Shown: piece after piece, positions 11,592 to 29,724 of the stretch
How positions within the stretch are numbered: position 1 is the first letter of the stretch
How the letters are laid out: every line of letters begins with the position of its first letter
Origin: Macrostomum hystrix
Lineage: Eukaryota; Animalia; Platyhelminthes
Direction of reading: 5' to 3'
NCBI GenBank assembly: GCA_950097015.1
Contig: CATNEN010000001.1
Span: 12,028,001 to 12,092,000, forward strand
Length of the DNA stretch: 64,000 nt
The notes under the pieces: model-generated
Database searches by the model: none
The model's input: the letters and a program-made list of their open reading frames with translations, nothing else
Told to the model about the DNA's origin: nothing
Translations under genes and position numbers: made by a program

Positions 11592-13144
11592 AGGCCTACC
11601 GTAAAAAATAGATCTAATGTCATTCACAATACTATTAGCAGGCCATGTTTGTATAAGCAGATGCTAAACTGTGGCACTGCCTATGCCTAATAAATAAGTA
11701 ACAACTAACATCATTTTTAAATAGATTAGGCCCTACTTGACTTATAAAGATAGTTAAATAGCTAGCTAGGCATATGTTTAATGCATATAAAAGTTAGGTA
11801 TATATTTTGGATGATTAAAATGAATATGAAAGACAAGGCATTGTCTTTATGCCTAATATTATTTTTAGACTTTATTATTGTATTTTTGTGGCCCTTTTGA
11901 TATGTGCCTATTAAATATTTATTTAGACAAATTTGGTTCCTTTTTGTTATTTTGTCATTTGTCCATTAAGCAAAAGAAGCTGATAAGAGATTAAAAGTGT
12001 AAATCTCTTAATTCCTATAAGTATAATGTATAAATAGGTAACTAACACTGAAACACAAGAATGATAGCAAGGTAGGCCCTAGGGCTACATAATTTATTAG
12101 GGCCCAATAAATTAGTTTTACCTAATAGTGGCCTATTGGGACAACTTAGGTCATTTATTTTTTTTATAAAAATAGGTAGGCCTAAATGTAGTCTAGTGTC
12201 ATGATAGTGGAAAATGAACATCTTTGAGTAGAAACTATTAGAAAGTATTAGAATATATTGTATATGAGTTATAGTCAAATAGGTGTTCTTTGTAACAAAG
12301 TATGCTGATTTCAAGTTATTGATACAATAGTAGGACCAGAACAAAAAAATACTATTAAGGAGGCCCTACTAGGGTAGAAAAACATTTCTGAAGGCAAGAC
12401 CTACTTACTAATCCTACAATAAATTAATAGATTATTGTCAATATATTATGGAGGCTAATATCATAGGTTGGCCTATCTATAGTCTTAAGACTAAAAATAT
12501 AGCCAGTCTCTCCGTGGAGCATATTGTAACAAAAATCCAAAAATCTATTTGGGGTCACAACTTCTTACTCTGGCTCCTAGTGAGGTAAAAAGGTTATCAC
12601 AGCTGATGCCAACTACTTAGTATATTGCATGCACATAGTCTGCTATTTAAGTCTTAAAAAGTTAGACAAATAATGAGAAATATGCAGATTTTTTAAATAA
12701 TACAAATATAGATATTTATTTTTATATATTGGATGATATATATATGCATATGATAGATGATAGATATGTATATTGTATGTATGATGCATAGACATAATGG
12801 ATATTGCTGTAGAGTTTCAGGCTGCTCTTTTATTGTCACAAAATCAGCTAGTGGATCAATCACCAAATAATTGCAGATTCAGTCAATATTATATTTTATA
12901 GCTGTTGGCTTATGTATAAAACATTCTGGCTAATGTGCTTATGGTAATGTTGGCTGTTAAGATAGGTCTCAGGCTACTATCACAGCTATAAAATATTTAG
13001 TTATTTTTGCTTATGACAATAGGACTAGAGAAACAATTGTGCAATTGTTTTACTAATTTGTTGACTATAATTTGCAGTCCATGTGACAGTGCCAGAAGGA
13101 TCATTAAATTCAAAGTATTTTCAAGTAAGCAACAATCAAGTAGC

Positions 13145-15040
13145 ATGTTAGTGGCCTCTGTCGGCAAGCTATGCCAGGCTTGCATTAGTGGATTTCGTCA
13201 GTGTCTATCTAAGCCGCAACTACTGCGCTTAGCATCTGTTAGCGGTCGGGCCCTATTAACCAAGGCCTGCAGTTCGCAGTTCACTGAGCGCACCCTACTG
13301 AGACGCTTGATGGATCGCTATGGCAACGCTACTAGGCATCGGTTCAGGAAGAACGCTGGCAGGCTACTGTTAGGCTCCTCTCTATTCGCATTCGAATACG
13401 GCATCACTGACGAGGAATTGCAGGATTGCCTGCAAGAATGCACCGCTGTCCGAACTGAATTATTTGCTTCTGGCGACTCGCAGCAGCAGTCGCCTCCGTT
13501 GTCGCCGCCGTCTGGGGCCAAGCCCGGCGAATCCAATGTCCAAGATGGCTGGTCGCTGCTAATCCGACGCGACAATATTAGTGTGTGGCAGAAGCCGTGC
13601 GAATCTGTTTATGAATACAGAGTGTGCGGCAAGTTTAGCGATATCAGCCCAGCGGCCTTCTTTGAGGTGAGTCGCTTTAATCCACTCATTTTCGGTGGAC
13701 TCCGTTTCTCTCTCTTAATCCATTAAGTCATTAAGTCATTTTGGTCCTCCACTGTACCTTGTTAAACAGTTCATTTTGTCCCTCTTGTTAATCCGATTAT
13801 GTTTGAAATAGTTTTCATTCTTCCTGTTCCACCGCACCCCAGGTGCTGGAGGATCTAGACTATCGCAAGCAATGGGACGACCTAGTCCTGGAGCTGCAGT
13901 ATCTTAGCCGCGATCGCAGCTCGAACACAGATTTAATCCGCTGGGTGTCCTACTACCCCAGGCCTATGCGTCCCAGGGAGTACATCTACAAGCGACGCTG
14001 GCGTGTCGACCCAGACACTGGCGCCGTTGTGTTCATCAACCGGTCGGTGGCTGATGATTTCGGTCAGGCGGACGCCAGGCCGGGCACTGTTCGAGTGAAG
14101 CAGTATCGCAGCGACATGGTCATCTGGCCACATGGCGGATTGAGGGACAACGGATTCGACTATGTGCTCACCTATTGCGATAATCCGCAGAGCTCTATGC
14201 CCAGCTTTGCCTACAACTGGGTGGCCTCATCTGGTAAGACCGATTTGTGTAAAATGATCCATTGATTAGGAAACTAGAGATTCTGTGATTAGAGAAAATA
14301 GATAAGGAAAATTAATAATTATTTCATCAGAAATACACAGGAAAGTTATTAACTTATGATCGAAAAATAGAGACTGTAAATATAAAATGACAAATTTAAT
14401 GATCAGAAGTGTTAGATAATGACCCATTTCATGATCAGAGGTATTGGAGAATGACCCATTTAATGATCAGAAGTGTTGGATAATAACCCATTTAGTGATC
14501 AGAAGTGTTGGATAATAACCCATTTAGTGATCAGAAGTGTTGGATAATAACCCATTTAGTGATCAGAAGTGTTGGATAATAACCCATTTAATGATCAGAA
14601 GTGTTGGATAATAACCCATTTAGTGATTAGAAGTAATGGATAATGACCCATTTAATGATCAGAAGTGTTGGATAATGACCCATTTAGTGATTAGAAGTGT
14701 TGGATAATGACCCATTTAATGATCAGAAGTATTGGATAATGACCCATTTAGTGATTAGAAGTATTGGATAATGACCCATTTAGTGATCAGAAGTATTGGA
14801 TGATGGCCCATTTAATGATCAGAAGTCCTATATTATGACCAATTTATTGATCAGAGAAGTCAATGGATAGGCCATCTATCATTAGGCTATTGTTTTCCCA
14901 TTGTCAATGAAGGCCTGCCAGACTTCATGTCCAAGCTGCACCAGGCCACGAAACTCAGACGCGCCCAGCAGCGATCAGCCAATGGCAAGCCGGTGTCCGC
15001 TGAGAGTGGCGGCAATTATCAACAACCAATTTATTCCTAA
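13145..15040 (+). CDS. STARD7: StAR-related lipid transfer protein 7-like (START/PCTP family); exons 13145-13666, 13843-14233, 14913-15040
   Basis: DLDYRKQWD, YPRPMRPREYIYKRR, FDYVLTYCDNPQ, WVASSGLPDFMSKLHQAT; GT-AG junctions are phase-consistent; Arg-rich N-terminus. Confidence 0.9.
14395..14855 (+). repeat. 32-bp intronic minisatellite (STARD7 intron 2)
   Basis: gatcagaagtgttggataataacccatttagt tandem copies. Confidence 0.95.
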
Positions 15041-15370
15041 ACTTCCCCATGGTCTTATTGCCAATCATTTGCTAATGTTAGACGCCTTACTGAATTCATA
15101 GAAAATTGGACTTTAAATAAAAGTGCAGCCGTTCTGTTCTGTATTGCTTAAAGTACAATATTTTAGTTACTGAATTAAAATTCTTTAACGTCTATAGCGA
15201 AACTTTTTTGGCCTCCCCGCTGTGTGAGTCAACTTTTCAATTGTTTTTTTTTGTTTTAATTTATGCTGACTAAAACATTTGTTGGTCATAACGCTAGCAC
15301 ACCTGTTAAACAGGGTACTAATATACTAGTTACATAAGGTAGTAAATTACATGTTAGAGAAGGCAATAAA

Positions 15371-15545
15371 TACCTGTTAGACAGGGTACCTGTTAGACAG
15401 GGTACCTGTTAGACAGGGTACCTGTTAGACAGGGTACCTGTTAGACAGGGTACCTGTTAGACAGGGTACCTGTTAGACAAGGTACCTGTTAGACAGGGTA
15501 CCTGTTAGACAGGGTACCTGTTAGACAGGGTACCTGTTAGACAGA
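15371..15545 (+). repeat. 16-bp minisatellite (acctgttagacagggt)n
   Basis: About 11 copies. Confidence 0.95.
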
Positions 15546-16295
15546 TTATACTTGTGTCCTTTATTCTATCAAATACTAGGCATCAGTTATATAATATTTT
15601 TGGTGTTTATTCTGAAATTTACACATTTTCTTCTGTATTTTTGTACCTACCTTTCTGCTTGTTGAATTTTATTTTAGAGTTGCTCTCGCTGCTTACTTTT
15701 TTAAATATAAATATCGTATCATAAATACAGCGATTTTTCTTACAAAGCAGTCAAATATTTAAGCAATGGACTAGTAATAGTTTAATGTTTTTGTTTCAAT
15801 GAGCTTGTTGTTATACCGTATGTATGCGTTATAATATTAGTAAATACTTTTTTCTTCTGTGAAAACAACTAGCACTGTCAGAATGAGCAAGAAAATTTTT
15901 AATTTAGCAACTTAATACTGCTCAAAAATATCTCCCATGAAAATTGTGGATTTTCAATTCACAAAACGTGTACAATGTATTGTCATCTCTCTGTTTGACA
16001 CCTGTCATTCAATAAGTTTGTGTTGGCTATCTTTTTTGTTGTTGTTCTTATTTTTATATAATCTTAAAATATAAAATACAGAATGTGGACCTGCAGAACA
16101 GAGATTTAAATTTCAAGACTAATAAAAAATATTGGCTGTCAAAGTTGAAGACTCTATTTTCTTGTCTTTCAGTCTTCTTTGCATTTAGACTTTTTCTGAG
16201 GCTCGTTAAAAAGTAGCTTTAATTGTATTTAAACTATGTCTACTGAATGAAATCTATTGGAGCTAGCTGTATATTTTGTTAGACATGAGAGCAAA

Positions 16296-16520
16296 ATGTT
16301 AGACATATAGAACAGCATGTTAGACATTTAGAACAGCATGTTAGATATTTAGAACAACATTTTAGACATATAGAACAGCATGTTAGACATTTAGAACAGC
16401 ATGTTAGATATTTAGAACAACATTTTAGACATTTAGACCAGCATGTTAGACATTTAGAACAGCATGTTAGACATTTAGACCAGCATGTTAGATATTTAAA
16501 ACATGTTAGAACATTAGAGC
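16296..16520 (+). repeat. 21-bp minisatellite (catgttagacatttagaacag)n
   Basis: About 10 degenerate copies just upstream of the PRIMPOL acceptor. Confidence 0.9.
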
Positions 16521-16580
16521 AAATTTAAGTAGTGCTAAGCCATTTATGTGCAAAGTTATTAATTTTAAAAATCATTCCAG

Positions 16581-18712
16581 CCTTAAAAGTGGCCACTAGA
16601 AAGCGAAAATCAGCCGACGAGTTCGAATCGGTTGCTAGGCGGTTGCTAGGCAACCGAGTTGTCTCGCCGCCAATTTATAGAAGCCTATTATCCGATAGGC
16701 TGTTGTCGGATTATTTTCGCTGTCAATCCGACGCTATAGATTATTATAGGCGCTGTTGTCATGGCAACGATAGCGGCGGTTCGAACCCGACATTAGTGAT
16801 GAGTAGCGAGAGTCAGTCTCTCGGCTGTCAGGGGCAGAGATTGTACTTTGTCTGCGATCTGCAGACTGGCATAGAGTATTTGCTGGGCCATCCGGTTGGT
16901 CACAGACACCTCTACGAGCTGATACCAGAGGGAGCCAGGTTTGTATGCTGGTTGTCACCTCCTGATCCGTCAATTGTCACACCTGATCTATCGATATTCA
17001 CGCTACTAACCCTCCAGGTGTAGACTATATCTGGATTTGGAATTCGATCGAGTCGCTAATCCGGGCTTGGATGGATCAGGCATCACAGAGTCGCTAATCC
17101 GACTGCTTCGACGAGTGCTCTGCGCGGCGTTCCGCTGTTCCCAGGCAGAATGGCTGTCAGTGCACCAACTGGACGCCAGCACTGAGAAGAAGTTCAGTCG
17201 CCACGTGATCTTTCCCAAAGTGGTTAGTACACACAAAACAATAATTATTGAATGTTATAGTTTTACGCTGCTTGTCATAAGAGTGAGATTTTAAGAATGG
17301 CTCTCATGAGGGTGAGATTTTGACGGTAGCTGTCATGAGGGTGAGATTTTGACGGTAGCTGTCATGAGGGTGAGATTTTGACGGTAGCTGTCATTGTGTG
17401 ACGTCATGACATTCGATATTTTCTTTCGAAGTTTCGACCTGTCCTTAATCACAGGTGTTCGCCAACAATGAGCTGTCTGGACGCTTCATTCGCTTCGTCT
17501 ATTCGCTGCTGATTGAATTGCTTGCTTTGGACGCATTCGCTGATGAACTCAATCATCAGCTGCCGTTGTATCGCCTGCACATGTGCCAAAGCTGCCAGCG
17601 ACTACGTAATCGACTAATTGATGATCTCGGCAGATTTATATTTGATGATAACTCTGTTTCCGGGTGTAAAGGTATCGCCGAAAGTGAAGGTATCGACCGA
17701 AGTGAAGGTATCGCCGGAAGTTGCTCCCAGAAGCCGTGCTCAGATCTGCAGCTTCTATTTCCGTCGGCTCCGTCAGACAACTCCGCCCCAGGCCGTCGCG
17801 CCTTCCTCGCCGACCTGTCGGTCTACTCGCGCAATCGGAACTTTCGCACCGCCTTCTCGGCCAAGCTGGCAAAGCCGAAGTCGCCGCTCCTTCCTTGGCC
17901 AGCTCAACAGGTAGATCGGGCTGCTGAGGTGGAGGTGTTGCGCAGCACACTCGTCACTCCGGTGTCTTCTCGTGACTTGCCTATTTTTTCTGGTCCAGTT
18001 GGATGCGAGAAAACCGGCTGCTACTTTGCGTCTGGCAATGGTTGTCATGGCAACGGCGCCATCACCGGGTGCACCAGTTCGCCTCTTCCACTACTGCCTT
18101 TAAAGATTGATCAGCGCACTACTGGGGACGGTCAGCAGGTGCTGCAGGTAAGAATTCGCTTCTTATCCCCTGATTGTTATCCTTTTATTCCTAGTAGGAA
18201 AATAAACGCCAATAAAAACATATAGATTGTGTTGCCAACGCGTTTCGTTTCGTTTCGTCCTTTTATTCCTATTTCACATTATCCCCAGTCCTTAACAGCT
18301 GAAAGACCATACTATATTTCCGTGGTTTTTCTTCTGTTAATGACAGCTTGCCCCAAGTCCCTGCAGAACCGTCATTTACTCCATCGCAAACATCGCGCAG
18401 GGTCGTCCTCCGTCGCCCTACCCGGAGTTGGATCGGCACTTCCTGACCAATGTGATGTCCGGTCAAGGCCAGCTTCGAATGTGGTGCTACAATCCTGCTG
18501 GTCAGATCCTGACCCTGTACCCTAGCAACTACCGCTATTGTCATAGACTAGAGCGCAGTCACCGCAGCAATCACGTTTATTTTGTTGTCAGCCTGACTGA
18601 GCAATCGTTCGAGCAGCGCTGCTTCGATCCCGACTGTGTCCGTTATCGATCGAATGCGTTTCCCCTGCCAGTTGATCTATTTCCCTGGAATTTTGAGTTT
18701 GACGACGTGTAA
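16581..18712 (+). CDS. PRIMPOL: DNA primase-polymerase PrimPol; exons ~16581-16938, 17018-17222, 17455-18147, 18347-18712; first coding exon not located
   Basis: HLYELIPE, RLYLDLEF (DxE), KFSRH (SxH), DLSVYSRNRNFR, SPYPELD and C-terminal Zn finger YCHRLERSHRSN...QRCFDPDC; phase-consistent introns. Confidence 0.93.
17275..17395 (+). repeat. 29-bp intronic minisatellite in PRIMPOL
   Basis: gagggtgagattttgacggtagctgtcat, about 4 copies. Confidence 0.85.
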
Positions 18713-19690
18713 ATGATCGCTGATTTGGCTTATATTTAAACTGCATTTTTCTTTGTTAAATTACAAAAATAAGGCGAAGATATTCGCAACTGTATTATTC
18801 CATAAGCTTTTTGTTCATTTTCTTTAATAGGGGAATTATTGAAAAAGTAAGCGTAAACTTATTAAATAAACTAGCATGCAGCACGCTTTCTCATGTCGCA
18901 TAGATGAATACAAGCTAAATGAGAATAAATAATGTAGCAATGGTTTCTAACTAATTTGAAGTTATGTAGTTTTGTATTTTTTATTGGGTCAAAATACGAT
19001 TTAAAAAATAAAATCTTCGTTTGTTAAGAAAGACATTAGGCCGTATGAATAAAGTGAGCCATTGCTCAAAGTCTACGAGATTCTTAATTCAGAATGAATA
19101 AAGTGAGTGCTTGCTGCTGAGCAATTGTGTCTAGTTTCGTTTGGGCCACAAACGATTTCGTCGACGGAAATTGTGAAATAGGAAGTGAGCATTTGAATTA
19201 CCCCCAAGGACAACTTAATAACTTGTCCTTGATAACTTGTCCTTGACAAGTTGTCCCCGTGATCTTCAGCTGATATCTCAATTCCGTTTTCAATTCGCAT
19301 TTTTCGCTCCAATCGTTTAGTCTATGGCCATGATTTGGCTTGCGCCATGTGGAAAATGCCTATGACACAAATCCCTAGAATCACTTAGTGAACAATTCCT
19401 GTCTGGAAAGTTGTGTCCTAGCCGTTTTGAACTGGCTTTTGGACGAAAATAGACACAATTCCACTATCGAGAAGTCACGCTTCACACACAACTGCCTTAG
19501 CGTCGAGGCCTACCGAGCGTGACCTCTCGATAATCATACATTGCTCTGTGACTGAGTAGAGACTCGCGTCAGCAAGAATAAACTCTGGCCATAGACAAAT
19601 GTCTGAAGCATTTGCTCGCGTTTTCTTGAGTCAAGTCGGCAGCGTGCTCAGCGCCTAATCAGCATCATACTTTCCCACTGCTCTGTTAGC

Positions 19691-20537
19691 ATGGCTGAGT
19701 TTCTTCCAGAAAGGGCACCTGCCCAAATGAAAGTGTCTCTTGGAGAGACGTACGATGCATGCTTTTCGCGAGGATGAATACAGAAGGTTGTTTCGCTTTT
19801 CGCGTGCGAGCGTGGAGTTTCTAGCGCAGCGATTTCTTGGTGACCGCAGAGAAACCCCAGGCGGTGCCGTCCAACCGATGCAGCGAATGGAAATGACCCT
19901 TAGGTACTTGGCGAATCCTGGATTTCAGAGCGGCATCGCGAGCGAATTCGGTGTTCATCACACAACTGTTTCGAAGACTGCATGGGAAGTGGTGCAAAGT
20001 GTTTGCACGGATGCAAGCTCCTGGATCAAGTGGCCAACCGAGACTCCGATTACTATTCATGATGCAAAGCAGGAGTGGTTATACGAACGATTTAAGTATC
20101 TATTGGGCTGCTATTGGGCCGATAGACTGCACCCACGTACGCATAGAGAAGCCCGGTGCATGGGATGATCGGAAACGAGTACGTTAATCGGAAGGGGTTT
20201 GCATCCATCAACGTCCAAGCAACGTGCGACGTCCAGTGAAAGTTTACAAGCATTGACGCCTCGTGGCCTGGGTCAGTGCATGACCACCGCATTTTCAAAA
20301 ACTCCGGCATCTAGCTCGTATGCGGACTTGACCAATCGCCAGGGTTCGTCTTGCTTGGTGACGAAGGCTATGGCATTGCGCCGTTTGGCGTGCTGCGTGC
20401 TACACAACATTGCGAAGGAACTCAACGATCGCGCAACAGAAGATGAAGCTGTTGACGTTGACTTGGATGTTCTGGAGTTAGAGGAACACAACGATGCTAC
20501 CGCGGATCAACGCAGGGCGACCGGCATAAGACGCTGA
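19691..20537 (+). pseudogene. Harbinger (HARBI1/DDE_Tnp_4) transposase, disrupted
   Basis: LFRFSR, LRYLA, IDCTHVRI, YVNRKGFASINVQATCD, WPGSVHD, LLGDEGY, ACCVLHN; frameshifts, a stop, and a deletion between GDEGY and CCVLHN. Confidence 0.9.
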
Positions 20538-20897
20538 TTGGAAATTGCCCAGATCATGATGCAACATGCTGCCTAGATGATTTACTCATGAGCAATTGCT
20601 CACTTTATTCATACGGCCTTAGTCGCATCTGCAGCTGCTTGTTCGTGACTACTTACTTACTAATTAGATATAGTACAGTTCCACATTCACTTATTCACTT
20701 GTTCCAGTTCCAGCGATTGAGTTCACAGTCTTCAAGTCACTTTTATTGTACATTATTTCTCAAACGAATAACAGGTAAGAATGAATGACAATAAAAAACA
20801 GATAAATAACATAGTGAGAAATGTTTATAGTTTATTGCTGTTATCAGTTGTGATAGCACCAGTGCAGTAATAAACTTCTTCCATTGGCGGCCATTAG

Positions 20898-21548
20898 TCA
20901 GCTGATGAGCTCATCAGCTGCCTGTTCTGGTTGACGTTGCCAGGCTTCACTCTCCTGCAGCCTTCTGTTCTTCAGCTTGAAGTATTTGAGCTGCTCCAAT
21001 AGCACCAGCCGTTGTAGCTCAGCGTTGCTCAACGATGCTGTCTCCTGACTTTCTCCTTTACGTTGAGTTGGTAGACTGATTTTCGGGGCCCGGACCGTTG
21101 ACGTTGCTCCGATATGTGAATCCGCTGATGCTCCTGGGATTCCACTTGATGCTGATCGCGAACTAGGACTGCCACGTTCCAGCTCCGGTACAGATGCAAC
21201 TGGCAGTGCGCCGCACTCTATACTGCCAGGAACTCTGCAGAACACGGGATTCTCCTCGCAATTGAAAAATTTCAGCATATCTTCTTCCCATTTTCGAAGG
21301 ATGATTTTCTTGTTACCCGTCTTCTTAATATCACACTTTGCCTTTAGTCTACTCTTGATATTGGCCAACTTCTTGTTAATTTTCTTTACGTCAGTATGTC
21401 GTCCGTGCAGCTCCAACTCCTCTTGAATACTTGCGATCGCTTTACTCTTTCTGTCCTTAACGATTGGAGCATTTGCTTTATCCAACAGGCAAGGGTGGCG
21501 CATTACGCAGCGAACGAAAATCTCATCGTCTTCGTCTTGAGTCGACAT
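20898..21548 (-). CDS. Harbinger second ORF, probable Myb/SANT-like DNA-binding protein
   Basis: Open ORF inside the TIRs, convergent to the transposase; helical basic N-terminus (KKLANIKSRLKAK) and LQRLVLLEQL C-terminus; start codon uncertain. Confidence 0.75.
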   Translation of the reverse strand: MSTQDEDDEIFVRCVMRHPCLLDKANAPIVKDRKSKAIASIQEELELHGRHTDVKKINKKLANIKSRLKAKCDIKKTGNKKIILRKWEEDMLKFFNCEENPVFCRVPGSIECGALPVASVPELERGSPSSRSASSGIPGASADSHIGATSTVRAPKISLPTQRKGESQETASLSNAELQRLVLLEQLKYFKLKNRRLQESEAWQRQPEQAADELIS

Positions 21549-22803
21549 TTTTTCATACCACGTAGCAAATCTTGCTTGCGAGGCGAGCCTCGTTCGTTCC
21601 ATTAAACAGCAAAGAAGATGAGGCAAGTGATTTTGATCACCATTTTGTCTATGGTACAAATTCGCTCAGCTCGGGTGGCTGGGAACTTGCTCGAAGTTTG
21701 AGATAAATCATTATTCATACGAAAAGTGAGCGGTTGCTCAAACTCAGAGCAATTGCTCAGCTCTGAGCACTTGCTCAAACTCAGAGTAGAAGCATTTAAT
21801 CATGAGCAATTGCTCACATTATTCATACGGCCTATTAGGCGTCAACTATAAATCTAGTCTTCGTCTACGCGATAAATATTCGTATAACAGATAAATGTGT
21901 ACTTTAAGAATTTAATTTGTGTCGGTTAAGTTCAAACATCCAGCTTTTTTATGTATAATACATACTTAGTATATACTTTGTGTAAAGTAAAGTCTAGAAG
22001 TAAATTCGCTGACTGTTTTATTCAAATAAAATGCACGTATACAATGAAATAAAAACACAAATCCCAACTACGCATCACAACTTTAAAATAATGAAATAAT
22101 TTTAAATGCAAAAACAATACAATAAAATTACAGCAAATTCATCGTGAGTCAACGTATTACAAATTTCTAATATTTTACGTATGAATATACCAATAGGCTT
22201 ATAAATGATTAGAAATATAAATATAAATAAATAAATATATATATATATATATATTACTTAGCACTGTAAAGTTCTTTTTTTCTGATATATGAAACAGCAC
22301 AAATAGATTTACTGAACTGCCCAAACTCCGCTTTATTAAACGGCGACATTTTAACTTGCTAGTGTTAAGCATGTTTTACTAGAAATATCATTACGGAACA
22401 AAACATAATTAACTTCCTTGGAGTTTGTGCCAGAACGCTCTTAGGTGCTGTAAGTATCTAAAACTTAAGGAAATAAAAAAAAATTTTAACCGAAACACTT
22501 ATTTGCTTTAAATACAATGATATACCTAACAATCGGCTTTCGATATTGGAATTCAACAGACAGAAAATTTCATTTAAAACTTTGCCAATATTATTCATAC
22601 TATTTAACTGTAGCATATATTAAAAAAAAATTTTTCAACAAACAACGTTAGATCAAATAGCAGCTTCTTATAGTTCTTTTATATATATCGAAAACTGTTA
22701 AAATTATTTTTGTTATCTAGAATTAGTTTATTTAAAAAGGATATTAAAAACATTTAACTATTTTTCCCTAGAGAAAACATCTAAGTTTGTTGGTGGTCAC
22801 ACC

Positions 22804-27167
<4,364 letters not shown>

Positions 27168-27544
27168 CATTGTGACACGCACTAGCAGTACAAAGACCGC
27201 GTTATCTCCTCCCCTGGTGAAAAACCACGGGTGTATTTCAATACCCGCTGCCTACTGCAAGATAGCTTTATATAAAACAGCTATTCCAGTAATGAATTGT
27301 GATTTTCATTTTCTTATCTATTTGTTGATTGTGAAGTATTAAGTACGATTTTCCTTTTATACGCATTCAATGATTGTTTTTCTGTAAAAATAGTTTTCAT
27401 AATCAGGGATTTCTCTGTTCGATAATCATTTTTTGCCTATTTTGTAAATAAAATTCTAAAGACTTCGAAAAGAACAAATTATTATTTTGGAACTTTAAAC
27501 TTCAATAAATTCTATTAATTAGCAAGTCAGTAAGTCTCTCGCAA

Positions 27545-29062
27545 AGTAGATCTGTTAGACAAAGTAGATCCTTTAGACAGTAGATCTGTTAGACAGTGGA
27601 TCTGTTAGACAGTAGATCTGTTTGACAGTAGATCTGTTTGACAGTAGATCTGTTTGACAGTAGATCTGTTTGACAGTAGATCTGTTAGACAGTAGATCTG
27701 TTAGACAGTAGATCTGTTATACAGTGGATCTGTTAGACAGTAGATCTGTTATACAGTAGATCTGTTAGACAGTAGATCTGTTTGACAGTAGATCTGTTTG
27801 ACAGTAGATCTGTTAGACAGTAGATCTGTTATACAGTGGATCTGTTAGACAGTAGATCTGTTAGACAGTGGATCTGTTAGACAGTAGATCTGTTATACAG
27901 TAGATCTGTTATACAGTGGATCTCTTAGACAGTAGATCTGTTAGACAGTAGATCTGTTAGACAGTAGATCTGTTAGACAGTAGATCTGTTAGACAGTGGA
28001 TCTGTTAGACAGTAGATCTGTTAGACAGTAGATCTGTTAGACAGTAGATCTGTTAGACAGTAGATCTGTTAGACAGTAGATCTGTTAGACAGTAGATCTG
28101 TTAGACAGTAGATCTGTTAGACAGTAGATCTGTTAGACAGTGGATCTGTTAGACAGTAGATCTGTTAGACAGTGGATCTGTTATACAGTGGATCTCTTAG
28201 ACAGTAGATCTGTTAGACAGTAGATCTGTTAGACAGTAGATCTGTTAGACAGTAGATCTGTTAGACAGTAGATCTGTTAGACAGTAGATCTGTTAGACAG
28301 TAGATCTGTTAGACAGTAGATCTGTTAGACAGTAGATCTGTTAGACAGTAGATCTGTTAGACAGTAGATCTGTTAGACAGTGGATCTGTTAGACAGTAGA
28401 TCTGTTAGACAGTGGATCTGTTATACAGTGGATCTCTTAGACAGTAGATCTGTTAGACAGTAGATCTGTTAGACAGTAGATCTGTTAGACAGTAGATCTG
28501 TTAGACAGTAGATCTGTTAGACAGTAGATCTGTTAGACAGCAGATCTTTTAGACAGTAGATCTGTTAGACAGTAGATCTGTTAGACAGTAGATCTGTTAG
28601 ACAGTAGATCTGTTAGACAGTAGATCTGTTAGACAGTAGATCTGTTAGACAGTAGATCTGTTAGACAGTAGATCTGTTAGACAGTAGATCTGTTAGACAG
28701 TATATCTGTTAGACAGTAGATCTGTTAGACAGCAGATCTGTTAGGCAGTAGATCTGTTAGGCAGTAGATCTGGTAGTCAGTAGATCTGTTAGACAGTAGA
28801 TCTGTTAGACAGTAGATGTGTTAGACAGTAGATTTGTTAGACAGTAGATCTGTTAGGCAGTAGATCTGTTAGACAGTAGATCTGTTAGGCAGTAGATCTG
28901 GTAGTCAGTAGATCTGTTAGACAGTAGATCTGTTAGACAGTAGATGTGTTAGACAGTAGATTTGTTAGACAGTAGATCTGTTAGACAGTAGATGTGTTAG
29001 ACAGTAGATGTGTTAGACAGCAGATCTGTTAGACAGTAGATCTGTTAGACACAGCAGATCTA
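27545..29062 (+). repeat. 16-bp satellite (agatctgttagacagt)n, ~1.5 kb
   Basis: Same unit as 26104-26360. Confidence 0.97.
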
Positions 29063-29724
29063 TTGGACAATTTTTCGATTAGAGAATTTCGGTTTAACCT
29101 AAAAGTCTTTAGAAATGACGCTTTTTGTGTCACACCAAATTTGGTAATGGACGTATTCTGAACTGCCTTATTTGGACAAATATAATTTTTAGGTTGTGGG
29201 TCAAAGCAAAGTGTGCAATTTCGTAACCCTAAATTAGGACAAAAGAAATGGTTTCGTTGAAGGCTTTTTTTGTAAGCGAAGAAATTGTCTCCCTGCTTCA
29301 CTGCCGTCTTGGCAGCTTTGTGGTAAAGGCAGCTCTTATAGTGAAGAACAGCTGCGCTGAACGTTTAAATTTGCGTCTACAATACAGTAAACATTAACAA
29401 TGATATCGAAATAGCTCAGAAGAGCATACGAGTATGTGTCCAATGAGGCATTGTTTTAAAATAACTCTTTTAATTTTGTGTTCACTTGGAAGTGTGGCGC
29501 GATGGGCGAGTCAGAACAAATTTAAAAGTACTTTCCAGTTCGGCGTAGCTGTAACGACGGAGTTGTGACCATCCCACCAATGGTCATGGGTTCGAATCGG
29601 GAGGAAAGAAAGCTTTGAGAGTCAGTCGGGAAATTTACGACCAGGGGCAGAGAGCGTATAAAATTGCCTGACGATGAGATTGTGAGTACAGATATAGAGA
29701 TGTGAGTAACCTATGTTAATCATA

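Larger units (their letters stand above)
19038..21833. mobile_element. PIF/Harbinger DNA transposon
   Basis: ~31-bp TIRs aggccgtatgaataaagtgagccattgctca with 2 mismatches; 3-bp flanking duplication att; convergent transposase and second ORF. Confidence 0.92.

Noticed and set aside
16581-18712. Viral or plasmid primase (horizontal transfer)
   Set aside because: Spliceosomal introns and the motif layout match ordinary eukaryotic PrimPol.
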